The notes under the pieces are model-generated. The model ran no database searches. It was given only the letters and a program-made list of their open reading frames with translations, and had not been told where the DNA came from. From assembly GCA_030141605.1 (NCBI GenBank), contig JAQGDQ010000124.1, forward strand, positions 434,001 through 498,000: DNA of 64,000 bases, in the 5' to 3' direction. Every line of letters begins with the position of its first letter. Within the stretch, counting starts at the first letter, position 1. Made by a program: the position numbers and the translations under genes. The stretch comes from Tubiluchus corallicola (Eukaryota; Animalia; Priapulida). This document shows, piece by piece, positions 1 through 12,700 of this stretch.

Positions 1-407
1 TATTAATATTCAGTGCATCTACTGCTCCCCTGAAATTCTACACTGGAACTTGTTTTTTCTTCAGAACTGCTGATACGCTGCCGTTTCTCACTAATATTCT
101 TGTTTATCTTTTTAAATGACTTCTTGCTGAGCTTATTAATGGATAATTCCTCGTCTTGTGTTGCGACAACGCGCGACGCCTCCGTGTACAAGAATAGAAA
201 TGCGTGGGAGTTTGATATAAATTAAATTTGCAAAAGGAGAAAGGCTGATTATAACAACGGCGTTTGAGGATTAGCAAGTTGCGAGCAGAACTTGGCGGCG
301 ATGAATTAAGATATTTCAATGTTTTTACTTTTTGAAGAATGCGATTTTCTAAAAAGTCGCGAAGATAAATGTAACAGCTTTAGAATTTGTAAACGACATA
401 CGTCCCC

Positions 408-562
408 GAAAGTTAAACAGTGCCGCGTCTTAATGTTAAATGTTTGGATGATTGTGGGGAAGTTAAGCAAAGCTGTGCCTTAGTATTAAATGTTTGGGTG
501 AATGTGGGGAAGTTAAGCAGTGCTGCGCCTTAGCATTAAACGTTTGGGTGATTATGGGAAAT
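408..562. repeat. Three ~50-bp tandem repeats
   Basis: aagttaa.cagtgc.gcg.ctta...ttaaatgtttgg.tga.tgtgggg repeated three times. Confidence 0.75.
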
Positions 563-1581
563 GACTTATGGTGGGTTTCAGCTGCATGGCCTTTTGCTTT
601 ATATATAAACACAAATTAATGTACTGCTCGAATGTTTAATGTACAATGAGATGGTTTTGGGTCCATGTCAAGATACGTGTATATATTACCTCTATGATAT
701 GTATTATTTTATATGAAATTGTATTTGTAAAAGTGTGCTATAGTTTTTCTAGATAGGAGTATATTGCTGTAGCTAATATATATTTTTTTACTTTATTACT
801 TGTTTTTTTATGCACCCCTACTGCACTCATAGTTTTAATTTTTTGCACCAGATGCATTTGCCTATTAGCAGTGTAGCCCAGGCAATCACTGAATGATATT
901 TCACATTGTATAATGTATACTATTATTATTTTATGACAAATAAAGATTTATATATATATATATATATATATATGTATACTAGCTTTGGACGGGTATTGCT
1001 TTCACTGATGGAAGACTACCAAAGTATTCACATCCTAATATGACTAAGATACCTCTCAGCTCAGTGTTACAGTCTCATCTTAGAGGAATTAAGCTAGTTA
1101 GGCGCTGTGCCTATCACAATCATCCAATATTAGTTGAAATCCCGTTAAAAAATGCTGGATTACAGATCGAGGTGACACCAATTGCATTGAGAAATCCTTC
1201 AGCAGCTGATGTTTTGCTGAAAATGTGCTTTCTTCATCACATCCCGTTCTCAGTGACTTCAAATTCTGCTACTTTCCTGACATGCCCAATCTCCCATAAC
1301 ACATCAATCTCTGTGCAGCAAAACTGTGATTATAAATACGTTCTTCTAACCCTTTCTCAAAGCTGCTTCTTCAATCTGCATTTGTTAATTACAAAAGCTT
1401 CCAAGTCATACCCTATACTAATTCAGTCTCCCTGCATTGTGTAGTTCTTCTGTTCACAGTTGATTACAGTTTCAGCAGAACACAAACGTTGTCCACAATA
1501 TCCAATGCGGTTTATCAAAATCACGCATCTAACGACATCTTGCATTTATTAAAAAACTTAATAAATTTGATAACTGATGCC

Positions 1582-1900
1582 CCTAATTTTTATTCTTGAT
1601 GCGAAGTAATGATTTAGAAGTAATTAAGCCATTTGTTGATTATGTTGAAAAAGTGTTTTTAAGACATGATGAACAATAAACTTTGATTTAGAAGTAATTA
1701 AGCCATTTGTTGATTATGTTGAAAAAGCGTTTTTAAGACATTATGAACAATAAACTATGTAATGATCATATCATTGAAAATGAGGCCATTAAAATCTATT
1801 TTAAACACTAACCATTAATCTCTTCATTTAAATGACTAAAAATAACTAACAGGAACGATTTTATAATATTTGTTTTATCAATAACTGTTTGTTTATCTAT
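1582..1900 (+). repeat. Probable LINE 3'-end repeat with an internal ~74-bp tandem duplication; inverted relative at about 29080-29280
   Basis: gatttagaagtaattaagccatttgttgattatgttgaaaaag... occurs twice; the reverse complement of 29080-29280 shares ttgattat..tgaaaaag.gttttt and aaatgaggccat. Confidence 0.55.
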
Positions 1901-4190
1901 AGTGTTGTTATATTTAAAGATTGAAATTGTATGTATGTCTTGTTTTTTGTATTTCTTGAATATTTGGCACTAATAAAAAATGTTAAATAAAATATTAAAT
2001 TACCAAAAATGTGTTAATAAATTTGCTGTATCTTACATGGCATCTGCTATACTGCCAGTTTTATTCTTGCTTGTCACTTAGGTTTTACAAACAAATGTGC
2101 TTACCACTTGTCAGATATTTTTGATTACATTTTCTCTTTGTTTTGAACTGCTACTCTGCAAACATAACAGGATAGGACCACTGTGACACACAAATTGTTT
2201 ACTTAGGCTAATTTTCGTGTAAAAACATTCACGTATGACATACTTGATTCTTTTCGGCTTCCCTTGAACAGCACAGAATGTGATGAAATAAAATTCATTA
2301 AAAGAAATCGAAGGAAAACATCTGAAGTTATTTCCTCCAGCAAGTCATCACTCCTTTGGTTTTGTTGAAAGACAAGGCGCACAAAAAATATTAGGCCTTC
2401 AACAATATACACGTGGTATTTGTAACAAAGGTCCCACACCGCACGCACACAAGTAAACCTCAAGGATTCAGTAACTAGCTACAATATCTATACGACCCCT
2501 CGGTGGATAGTGCCAGCAATATAAAAAATCCATAATGGGAATCTGATAGCCCCTAACCTACAAATGAACTGTTCACGATGTACTAGCAGCGGCTGTGAAG
2601 CAAAGTCAGCTAGAGGAAAAAAATTTCGCTGGATGAAACCACTCAGTTAGGAACACCCAGAGCTTACAGTCCAGCAATGACTTCTTGGGACTTTTCCAAA
2701 TATACGGTATACGGTATACATCGCTCTATGCACTCGCAAAAACAGTATACAATATTAGTGGAGAAAAAATACATGGTTGAAGCACACATAATAGCGATCA
2801 TAGCTGTTGCAGTGTCAAACGTTCTTAGTAAAACAGTATTTCTATACACCCGCAACATTGACATTTGATGTAACTTTTCCTACTTACAAGAAAGGCCCGA
2901 GGCTTGATGCACTGAGCTTATAATTTGTGAGAGTTTGTAGCTATTTTTCTGCCAGATTCGTTGAGTAAAAGCAGACAACAACGAGCTAGCCAGAGCAATG
3001 GGTGGCGATTTTAGGGTCTAAAACTCTGAGCTGGATCATGATCTTGAATGACAGTTCAAAGTAAGAACTTCATACACAACTTGAAAACTACAATATATAC
3101 AAAAAAACTCGGTAGCCTATCTAATACTACTAAGGGGGCGAGGGACAGATTTTTCTGGAGCTGATGACCTTGAATAGTAGCGCAACTTTGGGTAGATCTA
3201 AGGTCATTTGAGTTCAAACATTTTGGACAAGCAAATGATGGATACATTAAGTATCAGACATGAAAAATTTTTAAATGATAGTGGGGTAGTTGGTCATTTT
3301 GCACAGTTGGTTCTCGAGTAATCGGCAACTCGGATAGTCAAAGGTCGAAGGTCAGTTGCATTCAAAAAATGTTAAGGATTGGACAACCAAAACCAAAAAT
3401 CGTGGTTTTAGAGAGTAGACTAGTCAGTGAGTGAGAAGTACAAGGTCACTGGTCAATACAGCGTGGTCATGGGACCGCAATTTACTACACCAAAAAATGT
3501 AGTTACGTATGACCCTCACACAACTAAATAAATGAAACATCAAAATTGTGACCACAACAATCAATTGTCACAACACAGTTATAACCTGAAAAGTTTAAGA
3601 AACTGGGCAACCAAACTTACGTAATGTACAAGGTGACAGGCAGAGCAGGTTTTTCATTTTAGTGGGGTACCTCACCGTACCTGAGGAATCTGGGATCTGG
3701 AATCTTCAACTATGAACCACATGCTCAAGGTAGCTCAACAAATGTTAAGCATTTTAGTCTACCGTATTTATGCAGGGGCTTAGTACACAGGTCAATATAG
3801 ATGCAGTAGTAATCTCACTAAAAGTTACAATGCTGACAGCATTGTTTATGTTAAGGAGTTTTATAGTAAGCTGCACAGATACTGTGTGTTGTTTTAGGAT
3901 GCATTAGTCCAATTTTGTCTACAGTCGAATAACAGTGTACACATTTTTTCAAGTAGTTAGGCCTACCACAAAAACAACAAAATCAAACAACTATAAACAA
4001 TTCTACAGTACTGTATGCAGGACAAAAATTCAAGTTTTCTGTATGTTTCTAATTTTTATTTTCAGGGTTCAGGTTGAACAGTTGCTAATTTTTTAAAGCT
4101 TTAGTTATAACATTTCCATAAATTATTACATGAAAGAGCACTTGGGTCTTTTCTAATGGCGCTTGTGTCGAAACGATTGTTTGTACATAA

Positions 4191-4768
4191 AGGAAGACAA
4201 GATGATTTTTCATATACTACCCGATTTTTAAGTGTGACAAAAAGTATTTTAACACAATTAATAATGCAAAAGCATTTCTGATAATTAAATAATAGATTAA
4301 AAAGTTAATCAATGGCGAACGAGTCCAACTATTGATGACATCACAAACTAACAATTTTCAATGGTAAAAATATTTCACGAGCATGTTGCACGTGTTTGCA
4401 AAAGCAAAAATTGAAGTACAGTGCAACTGTAAGATATTCAGTGTGTTGTACTAAAACTAGGCCAATTTTTAGGAAAAACTTCAAATTTTATATTTACTGC
4501 TGTGTTCAGCACAAACGAACACATCTGAACTGAGAGGTACAGCACCTGTTTTTTGTGCAATGTGTTTCCGAAATGCAGGCGCTAGAGCCCGTCTAATTAG
4601 CGAACAGCAAAATGCATGTAACAGAGAAGAACTAGTGAGGCGAAATTGTGTTTGTATGGTAATAATTCTTGCACGTAAGTCATTTTTGAAAAAATAGTAT
4701 GTTTACTTCCAATATTTTAAAGAGTAGATTGTTTTGACCTACAGTTTAAGATTGGGTCTAGTTTTGCT
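4191..4768 (+). mobile_element. Kolobok-like non-autonomous element, family A copy 1
   Basis: Homologous to the inverted copy at 27776-28390 and partly to 38166-38446; AG..CT termini with (T)TAA flanks. Confidence 0.7.
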
Positions 4769-5498
4769 TTAATAAACAACACATAAAAATATATTTCTGA
4801 ACACCTTTTGCAAATTGTCTTTCTCTGAAATGCTTACAACCTTACACTTGGAGAGCACTATGTTTTCTAACTGCACTTGACAAATTCTGCAAACATAATA
4901 AATTATTTATATTGTAAAACATGTGCTTAAACAGGTATAAAGGTTCAACAAAGATAGTGGTATGTTAAACATTAACTGATACAAATAATTACTATGGCAG
5001 TAATTACACAGGTAACTACGTAAGCATCAATTAATCGGCAAGAGCAAGTAAATTATGCTTAATATATTATATGCCTACAGATTATATATAGGACTGCATA
5101 ATTGTAGTACAAATACAATCACGTATGATACTGTCTATCCACATTATTAGTTACACTAATTCAACTTATTCACAGAATCAAATTTTAACAAATCATAGCC
5201 TAATATACGCCGCTCTCTGAATCGGAATAACAAAAACAAAAAAAAAAAACGTTGCCGCATATAGAAAGTGTCAAAAATGTAGCACAATTGTAAACAATAA
5301 GAACGTGTTACATGTCCAAACAGGAGGTTAAACTAATACGGTCCATCCAAGACTCTATTACATAGTTGTTTTGTGCCTTAACGCGGCGGACCACAGCCGC
5401 CATTTTAACTACAAAAACGTGCAGCATGAACAGAAAAAAAATGTTCTGTCAAAACATGAAGCATTCTAAAGCAAAAAGTAAATGAAATAGTTACTTAC

Positions 5499-5565
5499 CA
5501 GGCGTAAATCCACTAAGGATCGTTACCGCGAGCACAAGGCTGCAGAAAAAAGTTTTAATCGCCAT
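5499..5565 (-). CDS. Putative first exon (signal peptide MAIKTFFCSLVLAVTILSGFTP-G) of a divergently transcribed gene
   Basis: acATGG start, basic n-region, hydrophobic h-region, consensus donor G|GTAAGT in phase 1. No convincing downstream exon found in 1-5498. Confidence 0.45.
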
Positions 5566-6621
5566 GTAACCACAAACATTGAAATGCAATCCATTTAAGT
5601 GTTTGCACAAAAATATTGCGTACGAATACTGAAGCAACACGCAGGCTGCCAAGCTGTCCTGCTTACCCGTGCTAGTGCTAGAGGCTGCTGCTGGTGTTTT
5701 CTCACGCAGCTGCACGGTTAACAGCGCCATCTATCAGTTAATATGCATACTTTTGACGACAGCTGTTGATTGTTGCTGGTGCTCCGCCACTGAAGCAAGC
5801 GATCGAAGAAGGGCTAAAAAGCAAGCATTAAACATTTTAAAACAAGTAAGTGAACACTGAGCAAACCATCGACTGGACAAGAAAACAAGTAATCAACCAA
5901 ATAAATGCAATTAAATTAACAATCTCTGATTGTTTTGCATTACAAAAATGAAGAAAAAAGAATCAAGGATTAGGAACATAATTTGCTTTGCTTCTGTTTA
6001 TCCCTTGTCTTTTGGAGCGATCATAGAATTCAGAGGTCAAATTATTACAAAATGTACACTCGACACATTATGACTTTTGCTGCCTTAAATTCCTTATCGG
6101 CGTTTGCTTAAACTTGGATGTATTTAACTTTGTTTTCTCCTTTCTTTTCTCTTTTGTATGTAATCTTTTTAGAGCACATTTTCATTCGGTTTAGCAATGT
6201 CGCTATAGGTTGCAAATGCTTAGCGACATCCGTTTACTGAACAGTAATACTAAAGGAAAATTTAAAGAAAATCTGTGATGACACTCTGCATGGTATCGAC
6301 AAGTTTACTTCCTTTCTTTGACTGATCCATGCCCGAGTAACTTGTCCAGCTACCTAACATTATTTTTAAGAATACCTAACGAAAATCATCTTTATTTGTT
6401 TTGGCTCAACTTTTTAGGAATGCCTCTGAATTTTAGCTATAATAAGCCTATAATATAAGCTCGAAACCGCGTGCTGTTTGAAGATGACGGCCAAAACAAT
6501 TAAAGGTACTCCCCTTTCCAATGTATTTTCCCCCGCGCATCCTGTTACATGTTGATAGGCAGGCCTTACTTTGATTATCACTGTGATTTTTATAATGCAC
6601 ATAATCTTCGACGAAAACATT

Positions 6622-6721
6622 ATGGAATTGATAATGTATATAATTCTGCTTCAAATTAGCGCTGCTGTGATCGTTCATGCTACTCCTCAAACGGACGAAC
6701 CTGCTCTTGTTAAAACGATAG
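6622..6721 (+). CDS. Exon 1: signal peptide MELIMYIILLQISAAVIVHA-TPQTDEPALVKTI
   Basis: ATG at 6622, hydrophobic core with a V-H-A cleavage-like site, strong donor AG|GTGAGT at 6721/6722. Phase 1 matches exon 2. Confidence 0.75.
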
Positions 6722-9700
6722 GTGAGTAACGTACTTAATACCTGTGTATATAGCAGATAGAGAAGAGCTATCTTTAACGGATTAAACGTGTATTTACCTA
6801 AAATAGAATACATTAGATAATTATGGCACCTTATATTTGTATACTCAATACTCATTTATAAACCGTCATTTGTATACGTACAGATCATATGGTTAGATAT
6901 AGGCACATGATGGGTTCATATAGCTTAAATTAGATGCATAGTGTTTTATAATATTCATTTATGCGCTGGAAGAATTAAAGATAAAATAAAGTTACATAAA
7001 TAGGTCAAAATAAATAAATAAATAAAATACAACCAGCTTTCACGTTTTGCTGTTTAGTTTCAACATATACCTCCAAAAACATGAACTGCAAATTACTACC
7101 ATTCGTTCCCCTCACTTTGTACTTTTTTGTCCTTCTATGGCTAAATTATTTTTCAGGTAACGTAACAGAAGAACCCAAATTTGAAAAATTAAAGATGTCG
7201 CACGGCATGCGGCGGGGACGTCGAACACCAGCAATGTCGTTGCTGCCACCCACAACTCCTCCAAGTCCTCGCTTCGCGGCAGTACCAGCACTCAATGTTA
7301 CCCGAGTGACTCCTCCGCCACCACCACCAGGTAAACAAATAATCTGGAATTTGCTTTGTGGTTTGATTATGTAGTTGTCTTAACTGTCTGTCCGACTATC
7401 GCAGCTTTTTCTCAGCTCTGGGAGTAATCTAGGAAGTTGGTGCCTTGCACAGTGATAGGGCATGACTCTAGTTCGAATAAATTTTGGGCTCAATCGGCAC
7501 AGATTTGAATTTTTACAACTTTCTGAAGAATCGCGTGTAATATGCCGACTGTTGAGTGTACGCGATGGATAAACTCCAGTGATAGCAAAATGATTTATGA
7601 TTCATTAGCCAACCATTTGCAGGGCATCAGATCATAAGAATCTGTAATTTAATTACTGTAAATTATGCTACCCCTAGGAGCGTATCAAGACTTCACGACG
7701 ACCTAGGCTACTAGATCTGTCCCGCCCATCTCTATTGTGAATTTATGATTATTTATGTATTGATCTCGTCAAACAATTATTTGTGGTGTGTTAGTAATAC
7801 TATTAGTCTTGTTTCTACATTATAATTGCTAATTACGTGTATATGAACAGCACTTATATAAAAGCAGGCTGGATAACTTTTTGTTGTGTAGTACATTGTA
7901 CTTGTTCGTTATATGGCATTTATATAATAACCGGACTCAGTAACTGCCTGTGGTGTGTCATACAATGCTTGCTTTACATCAATATGAACGGATACACATA
8001 TTGCGAGAAGAATAAGAATTTTTTTAAAATCGGACGCCTAAAATGTGGCGGCCCTCAAACTTTGGCGCCCTAGCCTATACATTAGTTAGCCCATTGGTTA
8101 ATACGGCAATGGCTACTCCCTCCGCTAAGACGCCAGCTCTTGTGTTTTTACAAGATTACAATCCGTGTTCAATGCAAAAAATAATTTTTAGTTAAAACAA
8201 CTTCGAGTACGTATGTTTCTGCATCTATATACATCTAAAATTGAAATTTCAAGTACAAATTGTGATGGCTATACAGAGATTTAGTACAACTGTTGACTTG
8301 AATGTGAATATATTTTGAGATAAACGGGAAAATGAAAACAAGTCTCCACGGCAGATTCGGGAATTAATGTTGAAAATTTGGAACAAATTTCTTGGTATTT
8401 TGTTTTCTACTGGCTTATGGGCATCCTTATTTAAAGTTTTATACCCATAAAGATTGCATATTAACTTACGTTTAAAGTTCGTCCATTAAAAATTAGCTTT
8501 CCAGTTCTGTATCGAATCGAAATTTAACCTCATCTACTTACCGGATACTCTATATGGTGGTACAGTAGTTGCTTTTCCACAGAATTATAGTATGATTTTA
8601 AGTGCTAATACTGAAAAAACTTTTTGGTTGTCTCAAAGTATGTTGATTTCATTGAGGCAACTAATCCCTCTTCTGAGGGTTCTCTATTTGCTGGTACTGG
8701 TTAAAATTTAGGATATTTTATAAATAAATATTCCATAATTGTTAAATAGTCACAGCTATTTGTGCGCAAGGAAACAAAAATTCCGTGCTCGAAAAGAGAA
8801 ATCTGCATTTTCCGAAAATCTTGCGCGTGATTTTGTCTTTAAGTAGAACAGCACAGTAACAAGTGAAAACGGTCTCACGGACTTTGCTTCATAAAATCAT
8901 TCTTTTTTGCTCGTAGATGGCAGCACCGACAAGTCTATTACTGCATTTTTAAAGCACAAGAAAACCCTCCGCTTACGTAAAGCTTAAAAAATTCATCTTG
9001 AAATTTGATACCACTTGCACGCTGCCTTTCTGCATGCAGGGCTTGCGTCGGCAGTAACACTGTATAAAATTTGTAAATTGAAACACCGGCGATGACCGTT
9101 AGTGCCTAATGGTCATCGCCGATGTTTAAATTTACAAGTTTTATTTTACAAATTTACAACCATTTTATTGGTAGATTGTTTGAAACAAGTTTAGATAACA
9201 TTGCCTGAAGTTTTAAAAAATGATAAGAGCATTCGTAGCGCACACGTCGCTAACTGAGTAAAATTTTAAATTACTGCATCTTGTCAATAATACGTTTTTG
9301 GGTAGAGAGTGGTGCACCCTGGAGGGTGAGCCAGCGACATTTTACCAATTGGCACGAACATTTTAAATTATTATTTCTAGGTACATAAGTCTTTCCAGCA
9401 GATAAGCAAAACGCAAAGTAATATAAATTTGTAAGGAAAGTTTTTTGGGACATTAGCACTGCCTTTTCTGCCCCTAATTTACGTTTGCGTAGGTGATGTA
9501 ATGTAATGGCGCTGTCGGAACAGTATTGCCGGAGATTTAAAGCGAAAACAAACAAAAATTCTGTTTAACGCGAGTACGATATATGCATAAAATTGCTATA
9601 AAGTAATATAATTTTTAAGACGATTTTTCTGAAACCTACTTCAGGCATCCCCTTTCCTGTTCTTTAACGATTTCTCCTATTCCTTTTTACGGAGTTTCAC

Positions 9701-12700
9701 ATATACCAATAAAAAGCAAAGGTCTACAGTAGAACATTAAAAATTCTATTCTGTTATTCATCATGTATGAATCCTTATAAAACTGTTTAACCGAACATAT
9801 CTATCATAATTATATGAAAAATGCCTTTTATTTCTCTTCAGGTTGTTACATGGGTGACCTTCAAGAAAACACACACATAGACAAATTCAACCAAAATAAT
9901 GTCCTGAAATTGCAGACTGCCGTGTTTCCATCAACATGCGTTAGGATGACGAAAATTTGTCAGTGTGACAGCGTAGTGACATTTGCTTGTGGAAGAGGAA
10001 CTACCCTAGTAGGGAAACCCACGGCTACCTGCAGGTGTATTGATGGCCGCGTACTATGGTCAGAGAAGCCCGATTGCCGTAAGTTTTTCAATAAAGTCCG
10101 TTGAAAGCGTTGAGTAATATGCGCAAAATGGAGGCATAAAACATTATGTTTTTCTTTGCCATTTTTTGGCCTCTTTCTGTTCTCTAAAGCTTCAGTAGGT
10201 TTACCGTTCAACATGGTAAAGTCGATTTAAGTGTAAGGTCTTAGTAAGATAACGAAGACATCTTTGACTTGCTCATGTGTCTGACAAATATCACCTGAAA
10301 GTAAACCAGAATGGACGTCAAACGAACAATTGTTACGAATTATTGCACAAGTACAAGATGTAATGCATTGTGAGTTCATTGGGTTAGTTATGTAAATAAC
10401 ATGCTAAGTAGTGTCGGTTAGTAATTGGAAAATATACACATTTTCATATAAGGACCTATGCATGATATTTATTTTGATTTTTACTGGGTGCTAATTGTCT
10501 AAAAAGAGAAATCGCTTTTGCTTTCTGTAAGAACTTGTACAACAAGGATCTTGTACAAAAAGAAAATGATAAAAACATCAGAATGTAGGCTAGATGTTAA
10601 TTCAAAGATTTTCGCCTTCTGAATTGTATGCCTGTATAGCGTCTGCTCTTCTTTGATTATAGCTTATACTTTCCGTTTCTTGACCTCTTTATCTGATCAT
10701 TTGGCCTAATCTCAAGACATTTCTAATATTGTTGTTATGTCAATACGTAGTTCTATAAAGTAATTTTAGAATTCATTTGTTCTATACTGTACTATAATCT
10801 GTTTCTTTAGGTGGTTGCCATAGAATAGAGCAAGACCATTCTCAAGACACGAGAAAGTTTAACTATAACAACAGCGCATGTGATCAGCACCATTGCGAGT
10901 GTAATACGAATGTGTCAGTTACCTGCGAGCACTCTGGTCACTATCTGAGTGGTAGCTCGCACATGATGTGCCGTTGTTTCGGACAAACTGACTCATTTTG
11001 GGAATATTCGGCCGGGTCCGAGCCCAGATGCAGTAAGAAAGTTTATTGTTTCTGTTATTTTTGTAAACCTAGAACAAAAGAACGGACGTAGCGCGTGTAA
11101 TAATTCTTGTAAACTGTCTTGTCGGTCCAACAGTAAAATTGTATTTGGTCCAACAGTAAAATGGTGTTTTTTATATGCGTATTTGCTCCAGCGCTGCTAT
11201 TGTAAAAACAGTTTTCTATAATGCAGGCCAATAAAAAAACTTATTTCACTAATACAAAATTTCAACGTATCATAACCAGAGTAAAGTGTTGTAATATACA
11301 CTTTCAGTGTTTAAATTTAAATGACCTGGCACAAAGTCTTTAACAGATCTAAATAAATTAATGTGTTACCCTTCAAATTTAATGTGCTGTAATTCTGACC
11401 CAAAGTCAAGGAGACGCTTTCTCAGCAACGAGCTCAGTCTGTTGTTTGCACAGCTTAATTTGCGCAGCCGTTACGTTGTTAGGTACCTTGTAGTGATGTT
11501 TAACATTTTTATATGAATTTCACCTATGAAAATCCAGCTACAGTAATGTGTTGAGAGTGCATTACTGGATATAAGTGGCGTTTGCGTAACATGCGGATGC
11601 GTTTGGGGGGAGGGGGGGGGGGGGTGCGGAATAGATAAAATCGGTTTACATTGTTTTCGATGCAGCCGTTTGTGCAGCCCGCGTGTTCTTTATTCTTTTT
11701 CTACAGCTATTTTTCCGCAGGCTATTCCGCACTGGGAAACGCATCCGCATCCGCATACTAAACAGCCGCTTTACCGGGATTCCAGTAATGCTGCTCTCCA
11801 CGTAACGTGGCATTTTTACTTAAAACCCTTAGGCGTTGTAATCCAAAGTACGTTAATGACTATTGTAACAGAAATACTGAATAACTAAGTTTATAATTAA
11901 ATTGATAATTTTGGAGTAGTATACTTGTAAATTAATTGTTTATATTTTATTGACAAACTACCCAGTTAGTTAAGAAAATAGTTTCATTGTGGTCGTTATA
12001 ACATCTTTTTAAGTACAAATGTGGTTTATTAATAACTTTTCCTCATCGCTTTCTCATTTTTACAAATAAGTGTTATGTTCTCTAGTCCATTATGTTAGTT
12101 AGGCATATTTGCATCTAACTCATGAATGTGTGCCTATTTATGTACCTTTTAAATTGCGTTGCCTTTCACTGAAATTTTGTACTTTCAAATTTCTGAACAT
12201 AGGTGCCTTACAATTACAAAATACTGCGTGACTAGAACAATCTATTTCTAATGTATATGTATTCGCTTTAGTTGAAAAAGAACAACAGCCGACAAATCAA
12301 CCAGGTCATGAACATAAATCTGACGACAAGGACTCTGACAGTGGAGGTACGTTCTGAAAATGGTGCTAGTAAACTAACAACAGTATGAAATGGCAACTAG
12401 TGAAGCAAGCATTGAAAAATGCACAACTGGCAAAGTGTGCAGTAGTAAAGAACACAGCTGGTAAACTGTGCACTAGTAATGGACACAGCTGGTAAACTGT
12501 GCACTAGTAATGGACACAGCTGGTAAACTGTGCACTAGTAATGGACACAGCTGGTAAACTGTGCACTAGTAATGGACACAGCTGGTAAACTGTGCACTAG
12601 TAATGGACACAGCTGGTAAACTGTGCACTAGTAATGGACACAGCTGGTAAACTGTGCACTAGTAATGGACACAGCTGGTAAACTGTGCACTAGTAATGGA

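Noticed and set aside
1040-1444. 134-aa plus-strand ORF
   Set aside because: No recognisable motif or splice context, and it lies between LINE-like 3' remnants.
1414-1545. Minus-strand peptide YCGQRLCSAETVINCEQKNYTMQGD resembling the Sushi modules (possible exon of the divergent gene)
   Set aside because: An in-frame TGA follows, there is no W or final P-x-C, and there is no phase-compatible acceptor. Probably chance or a decayed repeat.
2105-4890. Candidate second exons for the minus-strand gene (acceptors near 4886, 3586 and 2155)
   Set aside because: Each hits a stop in phase 1 before any good donor.
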